DNA of 64,000 nucleotides from Spirochaetia bacterium (GCA_965140585.1 OZ223269.1:960001-1024000), one strand, 5' to 3'; positions 1-9,139 are shown, counted from the first letter of the stretch. The notes: generated by a model from the sequence alone, not told the origin. Program-made: numbers and translations.

Positions 1-76
1 CAATGGCCCTCACTCCAGAATCGCGCCAATTCGGCGAAGACGCCGAACAATTTTGCTACTCAAATCGTCGTTATAC
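1..76 (+). repeat. attC site 1 (3' half; cut by window edge)
   Basis: Ends ATTTTGCTACTCAAATCGTCGTTATAC, as in the copy at 1024-1161. Core GTTATAC at 70-76. Internal hairpin TTCGGCG-AAGA-CGCCGAA. Confidence 0.85.
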
Positions 77-171
77 AGATATGAAGTGTGGGTAAATATC
101 TTTGTATACAAAATATGAATTTTAGGTTTAAAATAGGATGAATTTATAGATTAACTAAAAAAAGAGATGAA

Positions 172-1029
172 ATGAGATTGTTAAAAAAATTACATAAAAG
201 AATATATGAGATCATTGAACCTGCAGATAAAGCTGACATTCAAAGCAAATGTTTCGATATTACAATAATAGTATTGATAATCGCCAATATCGTCTCAGTG
301 ATTTTAGAATCTTTTTCAAATTTACAAGTTACATATAGGATTTGGTTTGATGTATTTGAGATAATATCTGTAATTATTTTTACAGTAGAATATTTGCTTC
401 GATTGATAACAGCTGTGCATAAATATCCAGGAGAAAATGCATTTAGAGCTATTATAAAATATATTTTATCGCCAATGGCGATAATAGATTATTTTGCAAT
501 AATTCCGTTTTATATTCCTCTATTAATAAAGATAGATTTGAGATTTTTAAGAATATTAAGATTAACAAGACTTTTAAGAATATTAAAAGTAAATCGATAT
601 TCAAAATCATTACAATTATTAGGAAAAGTTTTAAAAAGGAAAAAAGAAGAATTAGTTGTAACCCTGTTTGTTACAATGATTTTGATGCTATTAGCTGCAT
701 CAATAATGTATCATGTTGAATCAGATGTTCAACCCGACGCATTTCCAAATATTATTGCTTCGTTTTGGTGGGCAATCGCAACGCTAACAACTGTAGGTTA
801 TGGTGATATTTATCCAGTTACAATATTAGGAAAAACATTAGCGGGTTTGATAGCTTTATTAGGTATTGGTTTGGTAGCGTTGCCAACTGGAATTATTAGT
901 TCAGGGTTCATGGAAGAATTTAATGAAGATAAATTAAGAAAGAAGAGAAGGACATCTAAGAATAGTATTTTGAATAAACGAAGATTATCAAGAATGGAAA
1001 GAAAAAGAATGAAGAAAAATACTGTATAA
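172..1029 (+). CDS. Voltage-gated potassium channel (6TM ion transporter), cassette gene
   Basis: TTVGYGD selectivity filter, FWWA pore helix, S4 segment RFLRILRLTRLLRILK. Confidence 0.92.
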   Translation: MRLLKKLHKRIYEIIEPADKADIQSKCFDITIIVLIIANIVSVILESFSNLQVTYRIWFDVFEIISVIIFTVEYLLRLITAVHKYPGENAFRAIIKYILSPMAIIDYFAIIPFYIPLLIKIDLRFLRILRLTRLLRILKVNRYSKSLQLLGKVLKRKKEELVVTLFVTMILMLLAASIMYHVESDVQPDAFPNIIASFWWAIATLTTVGYGDIYPVTILGKTLAGLIALLGIGLVALPTGIISSGFMEEFNEDKLRKKRRTSKNSILNKRRLSRMERKRMKKNTV

Positions 1030-1161
1030 CAAGAGAAATGCAGTAGTCAAAATCTTTGTCACAGTTCTGGCAGAGACACTTCGCGCTGATCGCGCTACGT
1101 TCCAGAACTGCGCCAAGCCCCGAAGACTCGGCCGATTTTGCTACTCAAATCGTCGTTATAC
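1024..1161 (+). repeat. attC site 2 (138 bp)
   Basis: Inverse core GTATAAC 1024-1030 and core GTTATAC 1155-1161. AGTAG(T)CAAAAT pairs with ATTTTGCTACT. Internal stem CAGTTCTGG/CCAGAACTG. Confidence 0.9.
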
Positions 1162-1201
1162 AGACGTCCGATATGGTGGAAAAATATCATGAAGGCATGA
1201 A

Positions 1202-1582
1202 ATGAAAAAAAGAAATAATATAGAAATAAAGGTTAAAATCAAATTACTGTATCATAATCTTAAAAAGGTTCTTTCGAATAATATTATAATTTCGGTAATC
1301 GCTTTATTGATCACACTCGGATTCACTAATCAGTTTCGAAAAACATCACATGAAGAAATTTACATGAATGCTTTAAGAATGTTGTTAATCTCAATGATTT
1401 CTTTTGGATTTGGAATTTCATTGATATTCAGTGAATGGATACGTCGTGATGAAAATCATTTATATTGTCTTTATGGAATAAATAGAATTAAGAGATATGG
1501 TATTTTATACTTTTTGAATTTTATAATTGTAATAGCTGTGTTCCTAATTGGCATTCAAATGAGAAAATTTATATATGGATGA
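1202..1582 (+). CDS. Small membrane protein (about 3 TM), cassette gene
   Basis: Hydrophobic segments; overlaps the downstream ATPase start. Confidence 0.7.
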   Translation: MKKRNNIEIKVKIKLLYHNLKKVLSNNIIISVIALLITLGFTNQFRKTSHEEIYMNALRMLLISMISFGFGISLIFSEWIRRDENHLYCLYGINRIKRYGILYFLNFIIVIAVFLIGIQMRKFIYG

Positions 1583-2216
1583 ATTAGTAATTGAAGGCAT
1601 AAACTATTCTTATAAGCATGATAAGCTCTTGGGCAATATTCATTTTAAAATGAAGAAAAAAGGAATATTTGGTCTTTTTGGATTGAATGGTGCCGGGAAA
1701 ACAACATTCTTTAACTATCTATCTGGAAAAAATAGTGGCGAAACTGGGTTATTAAAGATAAATGATAGACTAATAGAAAATAAAGAAAGATGGAAATATT
1801 TTAGTTATTTAAATCAGAGAAATTTTCTGCCTTTTGATATGAAAGTAAAAACCGCAATTAAAATATTATCCTCTTCAATAGATTTTGATGAAAGAATAGA
1901 TAAATTAAAAGAATTTAGAATAGGAAAATTATCAGGAGGGGAGAAACGGTATTTAGAAACTCTTATAATATTAGGATTGAATAGAAAATTTATATTATTG
2001 GATGAACCCTTTTCTGAAATTGAACCAATGTATATAGAAAAGTTAAGTAGAATGATTAATAAGAAGAGCCAGGAGAATGGTATAATTATAACAGATCATA
2101 ACCATCATGCTGTTCGTAAAATAAGTGATGAGATAGGAATTTTAAGAGATAGAAAAATTATTAAAATAAATAATACAGATGAAGAATTAAAAATGAAAGG
2201 ATATTATGTAAAATAG
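1575..2216 (+). CDS. ABC transporter ATP-binding protein, cassette gene
   Basis: Walker A GLNGAGKT, signature LSGGE, Walker B ILLDEPF, H-switch ITDH. Confidence 0.9.
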   Translation: MDELVIEGINYSYKHDKLLGNIHFKMKKKGIFGLFGLNGAGKTTFFNYLSGKNSGETGLLKINDRLIENKERWKYFSYLNQRNFLPFDMKVKTAIKILSSSIDFDERIDKLKEFRIGKLSGGEKRYLETLIILGLNRKFILLDEPFSEIEPMYIEKLSRMINKKSQENGIIITDHNHHAVRKISDEIGILRDRKIIKINNTDEELKMKGYYVK

Positions 2217-2224
2217 AAATAGCT

Positions 2225-2362
2225 GTATAACAAAAGATTTGGAGTAGTCAAAATCTTTGTCACAGTTCTGGCAGAGACACTCCGCGCTGATCGCGCTACG
2301 TTCCAGAACTGCGCCAAGCCTCGAAGACTAGGCCGATTTTGCTACTCAAATCGTCGTTATCA
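2225..2362 (+). repeat. attC site 3 (138 bp)
   Basis: GTATAAC 2225-2231 to GTTATCA 2356-2362. Near-identical to 1024-1161. ATTTG(G)AGTAG(T)CAAAAT pairs with ATTTTGCTACTCAAAT, leaving two extrahelical bases. Confidence 0.9.
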
Positions 2363-2427
2363 AGACGACTGCCCCACGATTAGTGGACACCTGCTATAGT
2401 TAGATTTAAACTAAATAGGGGTGAAAA

Positions 2428-2736
2428 ATGGGAAAGAGAAAAGTCCAAGCGTACACAGAAGAATTCAGAAAGGAGGCCGTAAGACGGTCTGAGAAAGAAG
2501 GGGTTACAGCAAAGCAGGTAGCCGAAGAATTAGGGATTACCGTACAGCAAATCTATAACTGGAAAAGACAATATAATAAATTAATCGGCCGGCAATTCAA
2601 GACCGTTGATGGTGTAGATTATTCAAAAATAGAAAGCGAAGAATTAAGAGCACTTAAAAGAGAGAACAAACGTCTAAAAGATGAGAATGCATTCTTAAAA
2701 AAAGCTGCTGCGTACTTTGCGAACGACCAGGAGTGA
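2428..2736 (+). CDS. IS3-family transposase OrfA
   Basis: YTEEFRKEAV...QVAEELGI...IYNWKRQY helix-turn-helix, coiled coil, LKKAAAYFA end. Confidence 0.92.
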   Translation: MGKRKVQAYTEEFRKEAVRRSEKEGVTAKQVAEELGITVQQIYNWKRQYNKLIGRQFKTVDGVDYSKIESEELRALKRENKRLKDENAFLKKAAAYFANDQE

Positions 2737-3599
2737 AGTACGCTGTGATATATCATTTTATAGGTCAGTATGCAATAACCCTGATGTGTCGTGTTCTTGA
2801 AGTATCTCGTTCAGGATTCTATAAATGGTTCAACTGTAAATCCTCAAAGCGAAAGGAACGAGAAGAGAAATATACAAAACTCGTTTTAGATACGTATAAA
2901 GATTTTCAGGCTATTTATGGAGCGAGACGAATTGCTGATGAGCTGAATGATTTAGGTTATGAGTGCAGTGAAAATTATATAGCTAAAATCATGAAGGATA
3001 ATGAAATAAAGGCATTAAATGGAAAAGGTTTCAAATATCCTAAGAAAAGTCTTGCAATGAATAATGTTTTTGAGAATATATTATTTCGTAATTTTACAGC
3101 ATCTAAACCTAATGAAAAGTGGACCTCAGATATCACGTATGTATGGGTGAAAGATAAATGGATGTACCTGGCTGTAGTAATGGATCTATATTCAAGAAAG
3201 ATAGTCGGCTGGGCTTTAAGAGATTATATGACAGAAGATTTAATAAAAGAAGCCTTTTCAGTAGCGATGGGACGAAGGAATTTTGATAGTGCTCCAATAG
3301 TTCATTCTGATAGAGGAGTGCAATACAGAGCCCAGGACTACATAGATTATGTAAGATCATTTGGCTGTGAGATAAGTATGAGCAGGAAGGGTAATTGTTG
3401 GGATAATGCACCGATAGAATCCTTCTTCAGCAGGTCGAAGGTTGAGATGATCTATCCCAATAATTATCAAACAGTAGAAGCATTAAAAGCTGGCGTGTTT
3501 GAATATATTGAGATATTCTATAACAGGAAGAGGAAGCATTCAGCATTAGGCTATGTGAGTCCAGCTGAATACGAAGAGCAAATGGAATTAGCTGCATAG
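2733..3599 (+). CDS. IS3-family transposase OrfB (DDE integrase core)
   Basis: YGARRI, WTSDITY, HSDRGVQY, GNCWDNAPIESFF, YNRKRKHSALGY motifs. Confidence 0.95.
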   Translation: MKYAVIYHFIGQYAITLMCRVLEVSRSGFYKWFNCKSSKRKEREEKYTKLVLDTYKDFQAIYGARRIADELNDLGYECSENYIAKIMKDNEIKALNGKGFKYPKKSLAMNNVFENILFRNFTASKPNEKWTSDITYVWVKDKWMYLAVVMDLYSRKIVGWALRDYMTEDLIKEAFSVAMGRRNFDSAPIVHSDRGVQYRAQDYIDYVRSFGCEISMSRKGNCWDNAPIESFFSRSKVEMIYPNNYQTVEALKAGVFEYIEIFYNRKRKHSALGYVSPAEYEEQMELAA

Positions 3600-3630
3600 T
3601 TAGGCTGTCCACTTTTTGTGGGGCACTCCA

Positions 3631-4467
3631 GGATCATGAGTACCATTTCAACTGATATTGTTAAATCCCGGATGGAGGCCCTTGGCCTTTCTTTTATGGC
3701 AGCCGGTTTTGACTCCTTCTTGAGTGACCAGTCCAGACGGGAGAATACTCTTTTAGAGGTTCTTTCCGACCTTGTTGATCTTGAATATCATCCGCGAAAA
3801 GAACGTATGGCAAGAACACGGTTGAAGGTATCAGGAATTCCTCAGCATAAGAATCTTGAAGACTTTGACTTAAGCTGGCTGAAAGGCGGTCTCACACAGA
3901 AAAAGTTTAATGAACTTTCCTCTTTGAGCTTCATTGAACGTAAAGAGAATATCATTCTGCTGGGACCAAGCGGGCTTGGCAAAACTCATCTGTTATTGGC
4001 TCTGGGGCATAAAGCCTGTATGAATGGATTTACCGCCTACTATATAACCTGTGTAGATTTACTTGAGCGACTTATGAAATCCAGAGAATAGGGAAAATTC
4101 AGTAGAAAGCTTCAATGGTTCTCAAAGCCGCATGTTCTATTGGTTGATGAAGTTGGCTATGAAAATCTTACTACGGAACAGGCTACTTTATTTTTTCAGC
4201 TTGTTAATACCCGATATGAAAATGGTTCGATTATCTTAACTTCAAATAAAAACTTCGGACATTGGGGAGAAATCATGAATGATGATGCAGTGGCTACCGC
4301 CACACTGGACAGGCTGCTCCATCATTCTCATGTTCTCAGTCTTGAAGGAGATTCATACCGGATGAAAGACAGGTTGAAAATAGGAGTCGTTGACTTCTAA
4401 TATATTTTTGCCGGAAAACTGAAGTTTAGCTCCGGTGAAAACCTGCAGTTTTAGAACGGTGTTGACA
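3631..4467 (+). mobile_element. IS21-family remnant (istB and right end; istA missing)
   Basis: istB followed by tandem sub-terminal repeats (CCGGAAAACTGAAGTTT / CCGGTGAAAACCTGCAGTTT) ending CGGTGTTGACA at 4467. Confidence 0.8.
3636..4400 (+). pseudogene. istB: IS21 helper ATPase IstB with in-frame nonsense codon
   Basis: GPSGLGKTHL, VDEVGY, ATLDRLLHH, GDSYR motifs. TAG at 4089-4091 splits ORFs 3618..4091 and 4140..4400, which are in the same frame. Confidence 0.9.
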
Positions 4468-5550
4468 AAGTTTGAGAAATTGGGAATGGAAGGATTGAAA
4501 ATTCAGCCGACAATTCCGCATCATGTACCGAATAAGACACCAAAAGCAATAGAAGTCGCAATCATAAAAATACGAACAACGAAAGAAACTAAAAACTGGG
4601 GTGCAAATAAGATACTGTGGAAATTAGAAAAAGAGGGAGTTTACGAAAAGCTTCCGGCTCGCTCAACAGTCAGTTTGATATTAAAGAGAAATGGATTAAT
4701 TCCTGAACGTAAAAAAAGAAAAAGGGTAGAATCAGAAAGGCCGATCATTGATCCTCAAGAATCGAATGAAGTATGGAGTGCTGATTTCAAAGGGCAATTC
4801 CGGATGGGGAATGGAAAATATTGTTATCCTCTAACAGTATGTGATAGTAAATCAAGATTGATAATTGAGATAAAAGGTTTACATAAAACAGATTACGAAA
4901 CTGTTAAGGCAATTTTTTAAAGGGATATTTCAAGTATATGGACTCCCTAAACAGTTACATACGGATAACGGAGTTTCTTTTGCAAATGTAAGGGCTTTAG
5001 GCCGCCTAACAGCGTTTGGTGTCTGGCTGATGGATTTGGGAGTGAAACCAGCCTATTCAGATCCAGGACACCCTTAACAGAATGGTCGATATGAAAGAAT
5101 GCATAGAGAATTGAAAGCTGCAACATGCCAAAGCCTCAGTAGGAACCTTCAAGCACAGCAGGTTAGATTCACAAGTTAAAGAAGTTTTATAATAACGAAA
5201 GGCCACATGAAGCTTTAGGTATGAAGACACCGAATAGTGTTCATGAGAAGTCTAAAAGAGTCTAAGAAGAAGAAATAAATAAATGTGAGTATCCAGTAGG
5301 ATACAAGATTAAGCATGTTTGTAATAACGGAATAATAAGAGTAGGTAGAACAGATCAGATATTTGTAACAACGGTTTTGAAGGGTAAAGAAGTAGGATTA
5401 GAGGAGATAGGAGAGGGTATTTACCGTCTGTATTATCGCAATTATTGGTTTGGATATTTGGAGGAACAGCACTTCAGGTGTATGATATTCAGGAGTACAG
5501 TTACGTACCGAGACTGTAGATCAATGTGTACACAAAGCTCGGTCTGAACA
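4468..5550 (+). pseudogene. IS481-family transposase remnant (5'-truncated, frameshifted, with stops)
   Basis: WGANKI, PARSTV, NEVWSADFKG, YPLTVCD. After a frameshift near 4915: YGLPKQLHTDNG, PGHP*QNGRYERMHR, YNNERPHEAL. Probable end ..GGTCTGAACA at 5550. Confidence 0.85.
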
Positions 5551-5687
5551 TACTTTGGGACGTTTTGAATAAAATTAGAGCATATACTTATAAATCGTTT
5601 ACAGGTAATAAAATATTCCATTTTTTTTGATTCCTTGCTCAAATTAATAAATCTTGAATTATATAAAATTGATTGAAACAATACGCA

Positions 5688-5723
5688 TTAATGTGTATAT
5701 TTGCATTATATAATACACATTAA
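5688..5723 (+). promoter_or_regulatory. Inverted-repeat operator/promoter of vapBC
   Basis: TTAATGTGTAT (5688-5698) and ATACACATTAA (5713-5723) flank/overlap a TATAAT, directly before the AAGGAG RBS. Confidence 0.65.
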
Positions 5724-5732
5724 GGAGTTTTT

Positions 5733-5927
5733 ATGAGAACAAATATAGTTATTGATGATAGTTTAATGAATCAAGCTATTGAATTATCCGGATATAATAC
5801 AAAGAAAGAAACTGTTGAAGAAGCGTTACGAATGTTAATAAAATTCAAGCAGCAGAATGCTATAAGATCATTAAGAGGGAAATTAAAATGGGAAGGGGAT
5901 CTTGATGCAATGAGAAGTGATAAATGA
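5733..5927 (+). CDS. vapB: Type II antitoxin VapB (DUF2191-like)
   Basis: MRTNIVIDDSLM..TKKETVEEALR..LRGKLKWEGDLDAMR is typical; ATGA overlap with vapC. Confidence 0.9.
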   Translation: MRTNIVIDDSLMNQAIELSGYNTKKETVEEALRMLIKFKQQNAIRSLRGKLKWEGDLDAMRSDK

Positions 5928-6316
5928 TTGTTGTAGATACCTCAGCTTAGATAGACTATTTCAATGGTAAAAAATCTCCTCAGACTGATAGACTGGATAA
6001 AGATTTAGGAACTGAAAGAGTAATTATAGGAGATCTAATAATTACAGAATTGCTGCAAGGATTTAAAAACGATAAAGACTATGAAATAGCCAAGAAATTA
6101 ATAGAAAGTCTGGAATTTAGAGACTTCGTTGGTAAAGAAATAGCAATCCAGGCCGCGGACAATTATAGATATTTAAGAAAAAAGGGAGTAACTGTTAGAA
6201 AAACAATAGATGTTTTGATAGCTACTTTTTGTATAGAAAATGAATACGAATTAATCCATAACGATAAAGATTTTGAACCTTTTGAAGAATATCTTGGCTT
6301 AAAAATTAGAATTTAA
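5924..6316 (+). pseudogene. vapC: PIN-domain toxin VapC inactivated by nonsense codon 9
   Basis: MIVVDTSA*IDYF: TAG at 5948-5950 where Trp is usual. Downstream in frame: ELLQG, RKTIDVLIA, HNDKDF. Confidence 0.88.
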
Positions 6317-6384
6317 AAATTGAATTTCCTACTCGTTTAATAAAGCAATAAAAATTATGTAATAATCAGTAAATCAAAGTATCC

Positions 6385-6438
6385 TTATAGCATGAGATTG
6401 GGAGTAGTCAAAACCTTTGTCACTGTTCTGGCGGAGAC
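6385..6438 (+). repeat. Truncated, degenerate attC site 4 (left arm only)
   Basis: TTATAGCATGAGATTGGGAGTAGTCAAAACCTTTGTCACTGTTCTGGCGGAGAC aligns with the first ~54 nt of attC 2 and 3, then similarity stops. Confidence 0.8.
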
Positions 6439-6532
6439 GAATCTTGTTGAACCGGCACATTTAAATACTTACGAAATTTGCAATCATCATTTTATACATA
6501 TAATTCATAGTACCTTTACTATGGAGATAAAA

Positions 6533-7091
6533 ATGAAACGAATCATAATTTTCCTATGTTTTATTACACTTTCTCTCCCTCTCTTTGCAGAAGGACCGGA
6601 ACCAATTGTAAGCGTAAATGATTAGGGTGTAGGAGTCATCTCCGGTATGGCAATGGGTGATTTAGCCCAGGTTGCAAACTTCGGTTTCGGAATTGAAACA
6701 AAACTGCCTATGGAATTTAATTCTTTGTCGAATCTATTGATAATTCCACGAGTCTCCGGGCTCTATTATCTCACACAGCTTAATACTATAACAGGTATTA
6801 AGCTGTGTAGGTATAGGTGCTGCTGTAGGTTACAAAATAAACCTTTCTGATAAAATATCGCTTACACCTTCTCTTGGCTGCAATTCTCTCATTCACATGG
6901 CTCTGGCAGATACACCATTGTTTTTCGTTGATACTGGTTTAACGGTCGGACTTGACTCAAGCTTTGTTTTATCTGAAGAGTTATCAATTTATTTGGAACC
7001 CACTTACATGTACTTTTTTGAGCAGGAAGTAATATCTCATCAGATATTATTAAGTACAGGTGTACACATTCGGTTAGGAGGTGATGAATAA
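6533..7091 (+). pseudogene. Exported beta-strand-rich (outer-membrane barrel-like) protein, disrupted
   Basis: Signal peptide MKRIIIFL..LFA, in-frame TAG at 6623, later frameshift(s), alternating beta pattern. Confidence 0.55.
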
Positions 7092-8097
7092 TGAAAAAGA
7101 AATTTACATTACCTGTAATGAGTATAATTTTGTTTGCTCTGTTTATAGGCTGCTTTGATATGATTTCAACGCTGACTGGAGGAGATTCAACCCCATTATC
7201 AAATAATCTGGCTGAGGACGCTAGCTTTGGAACTGCAGGCACAGTTAGCCTTACCGGAGATACTGCCAGAAGAGTAGCCGGAGACAGTGAAGTAATATTT
7301 ATACTTTAAGTTTAAGCTCAACAACATGAATCTACTATCTTCAAAAATTTGATGACAGTGGAACAGCTGTATCTGCCTTTGGTGATGCTGGGAAATTAGC
7401 AATTGACTTGAAAGATTATGATGCTGCAACGGTTCTAACGGATCCAGGGACTTGGATAGCAGCGATGGCTGTTCTAAACGATGGCTCTGTTTTAATAGCT
7501 GGAGCTATATCTACAACCGGGCAAGAAGGTTTTGTAGTAAAATATACATCGACAGGGGTATTGGATACCAATTTTTTCAATAATGGATATTTTGATCTTT
7601 CTGATACTGACGGTACAATACTAACCAGCGTGCTATTTCTTGGATTAACACTTGATGGTGTTGATTTATACATATGTGGGAATCGAACACTTTCCGCCGG
7701 AGGCACTATAGGATCTGTATGGAAAATTTCGTCAGCGGGTGTAGCCAATTCTGATTTTGGTGGAGAAGAAGGATTGGCCCCGGTTTCACTGCTTGATAAT
7801 AGTTCCAGCTTCAACAGCTCTATGATAAACAGTCTCTTTCTAAAATTCGACGGAAGCTTGATTATTTCCGGAAGTGGTATTGATACTTCAAACAATTATT
7901 ACCGAATTGTTAATCAGGCTGCATTCCGTCAAACTACTCATAGAGGTTCTTTTGATACAGCATTCAGTTTAAGTGGAATTTTTTACCCCTTAGGAGAAAC
8001 TACAACAGGCGCCATTAGCAACTTTGTTAAAGACGGGACACGACTCTTAGCAGCCGTTACTCTGACTTCTGAAACAGTAGTTGTTGCATACAAGTAG
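7091..8097 (+). pseudogene. Lipoprotein with delta-60-like beta-propeller repeats, disrupted
   Basis: Lipobox FIGC, stop at 7309, repeats VKYTSTGVLDTNF / KISSAGVANSDFG / GSFDTAFS in 7408..8097. Confidence 0.6.
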
Positions 8098-8198
8098 TTT
8101 AAATAAACATCTTAATAAAAAAAACTCATCTAAATTGACGGTTTTTTTGCAGATATATTAAACTCCTATAAATTATTCAAATCATATTATGTACAAAT

Positions 8199-8603
8199 AT
8201 GAGAAAACTTATTAAATTGAATATAACATGGCAGGGTAAGAAATTGGATTATATAAAAGCAGCCAGTATTAAAGATTTTAAGAACAAAAGAATAAAAAGT
8301 ATCACAATATTGGGTAAAAAAGTCGGAATTATTAAAGGACCGGATTCTGAATTTTATGCAATTGAAGTCGGTTGTAAGCATCAGGGCGCAGATATAACAA
8401 AAGGCAATATATCTGGAGATATAGCAACCTGTCCTCGTCATGGATGGCAATTTAATCTTCTTACAGGAGAATGTCTTAATCATGATGCCTCAAAATTAAA
8501 AAAATATGGATTGAAAATAGAGGATGATGTTATTTTTATTACTTCTAAACCATTACCAGAGGATGTAGAAGATGATGATCCTCTTCTGCATTTTTTTGAT
8601 TGA
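8199..8603 (+). CDS. Rieske [2Fe-2S] ferredoxin
   Basis: CKHQG and CPRHGWQF ligand motifs. Confidence 0.9.
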   Translation: MRKLIKLNITWQGKKLDYIKAASIKDFKNKRIKSITILGKKVGIIKGPDSEFYAIEVGCKHQGADITKGNISGDIATCPRHGWQFNLLTGECLNHDASKLKKYGLKIEDDVIFITSKPLPEDVEDDDPLLHFFD

Positions 8604-8630
8604 GCAAATTATTGTGGAGAAAGTTTCAAC

Positions 8631-9092
8631 ATGAAAATTAAGAATATCGAATTGAATCATAAAGATTATGAAGATCAGAAAATACAGGTTCGTATAATAA
8701 GCCTGGTAAATTTATTTAATGAACTTAAAAACCGAAAAATACCTGCCGAAATTATTGAAACTTTTAATACTATGATAGATTCCATAAATACATTTGATGG
8801 TGAACCTAAAATGCTTCTAAAATTGCTGAACAGCATTCAGGAGAAAGTACTGAGCAGTCTTGAAAAAGAGTTAAAACTTGTTACTAAAAATCATTATCAA
8901 AATAAGTGGATGGCCATGGGGATGGCAGCCTTTGGTATACCAATTGGTGCAGCTCTCGGTTTAACATTGAATAATATGGCCTTTCTTGGTCTGGGCCTTC
9001 CAATTGGTTTGGCTATAGGCATAGCTATCGGTTCTAAAATGGATAAAGCTGCTAAAACACTTGGAAATCAGCTTAATCTTACCAGAGGATAG
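8631..9092 (+). CDS. Hypothetical membrane protein with C-terminal Gly-rich hairpin
   Basis: RBS GGAG; GIPIGAALG..GLGLPIGLAIGIAIG. Confidence 0.75.
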   Translation: MKIKNIELNHKDYEDQKIQVRIISLVNLFNELKNRKIPAEIIETFNTMIDSINTFDGEPKMLLKLLNSIQEKVLSSLEKELKLVTKNHYQNKWMAMGMAAFGIPIGAALGLTLNNMAFLGLGLPIGLAIGIAIGSKMDKAAKTLGNQLNLTRG

Positions 9093-9139
9093 AACTCTTT
9101 AAAACTGAATTTTTTTATTATTTGTGAGTTAAAAAAAGT

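Larger units (their letters stand above)
2365..3630 (+). mobile_element. IS3-family insertion sequence (~1.27 kb)
   Basis: Left IR ..ACTGCCCCACGATTAGTGGACA versus right IR TGTCCACTTTTTGTGGGGCACTCCA. orfA/orfB layout with A7G slippery site at 2697-2704. Confidence 0.92.
1..6438 (+). mobile_element. Distal part of an integron gene-cassette array (continues left of the window; integrase not in window)
   Basis: Four related attC-like repeats (1-76, 1024-1161, 2225-2362, 6385-6438) alternate with co-oriented, very AT-rich ORFs. The stop codon of 172..1029 lies inside the inverse core site. Confidence 0.85.

Noticed and set aside
1-2362. Repeats as a CRISPR array or REP/MITE elements
   Set aside because: Units are ~138 bp, separated by whole genes, carry attC core and inverse-core boxes, and no cas genes are present.
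3618-3635. GTG start for istB at 3618
   Set aside because: It lies inside the IS3 right inverted repeat; the ATG at 3636 is more plausible.
4435-4467. N-terminus of ORF 4435..4920
   Set aside because: It derives from the IS21 right end; the IS481 reading frame is simply 5'-truncated.
1-6438. Integron integrase in the window
   Set aside because: No tyrosine-recombinase motifs seen in any ORF, so integron versus CALIN cannot be decided here.
6392-6532. N-terminal part of ORF 6392..6625
   Set aside because: It reads through the attC remnant; the real start with RBS and signal peptide is 6533.
5948-6625. In-frame TAG codons (also 4089) as stop-codon recoding
   Set aside because: TAG terminates intact genes in this window (for example at 2216, 3599, 9092), and the same regions have TAA/TGA stops and frameshifts, so decay is the simpler explanation.
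8117-8148. Possible terminator after the lipoprotein pseudogene
   Set aside because: A- and T-tracts are present but the stem is weak and mismatched.
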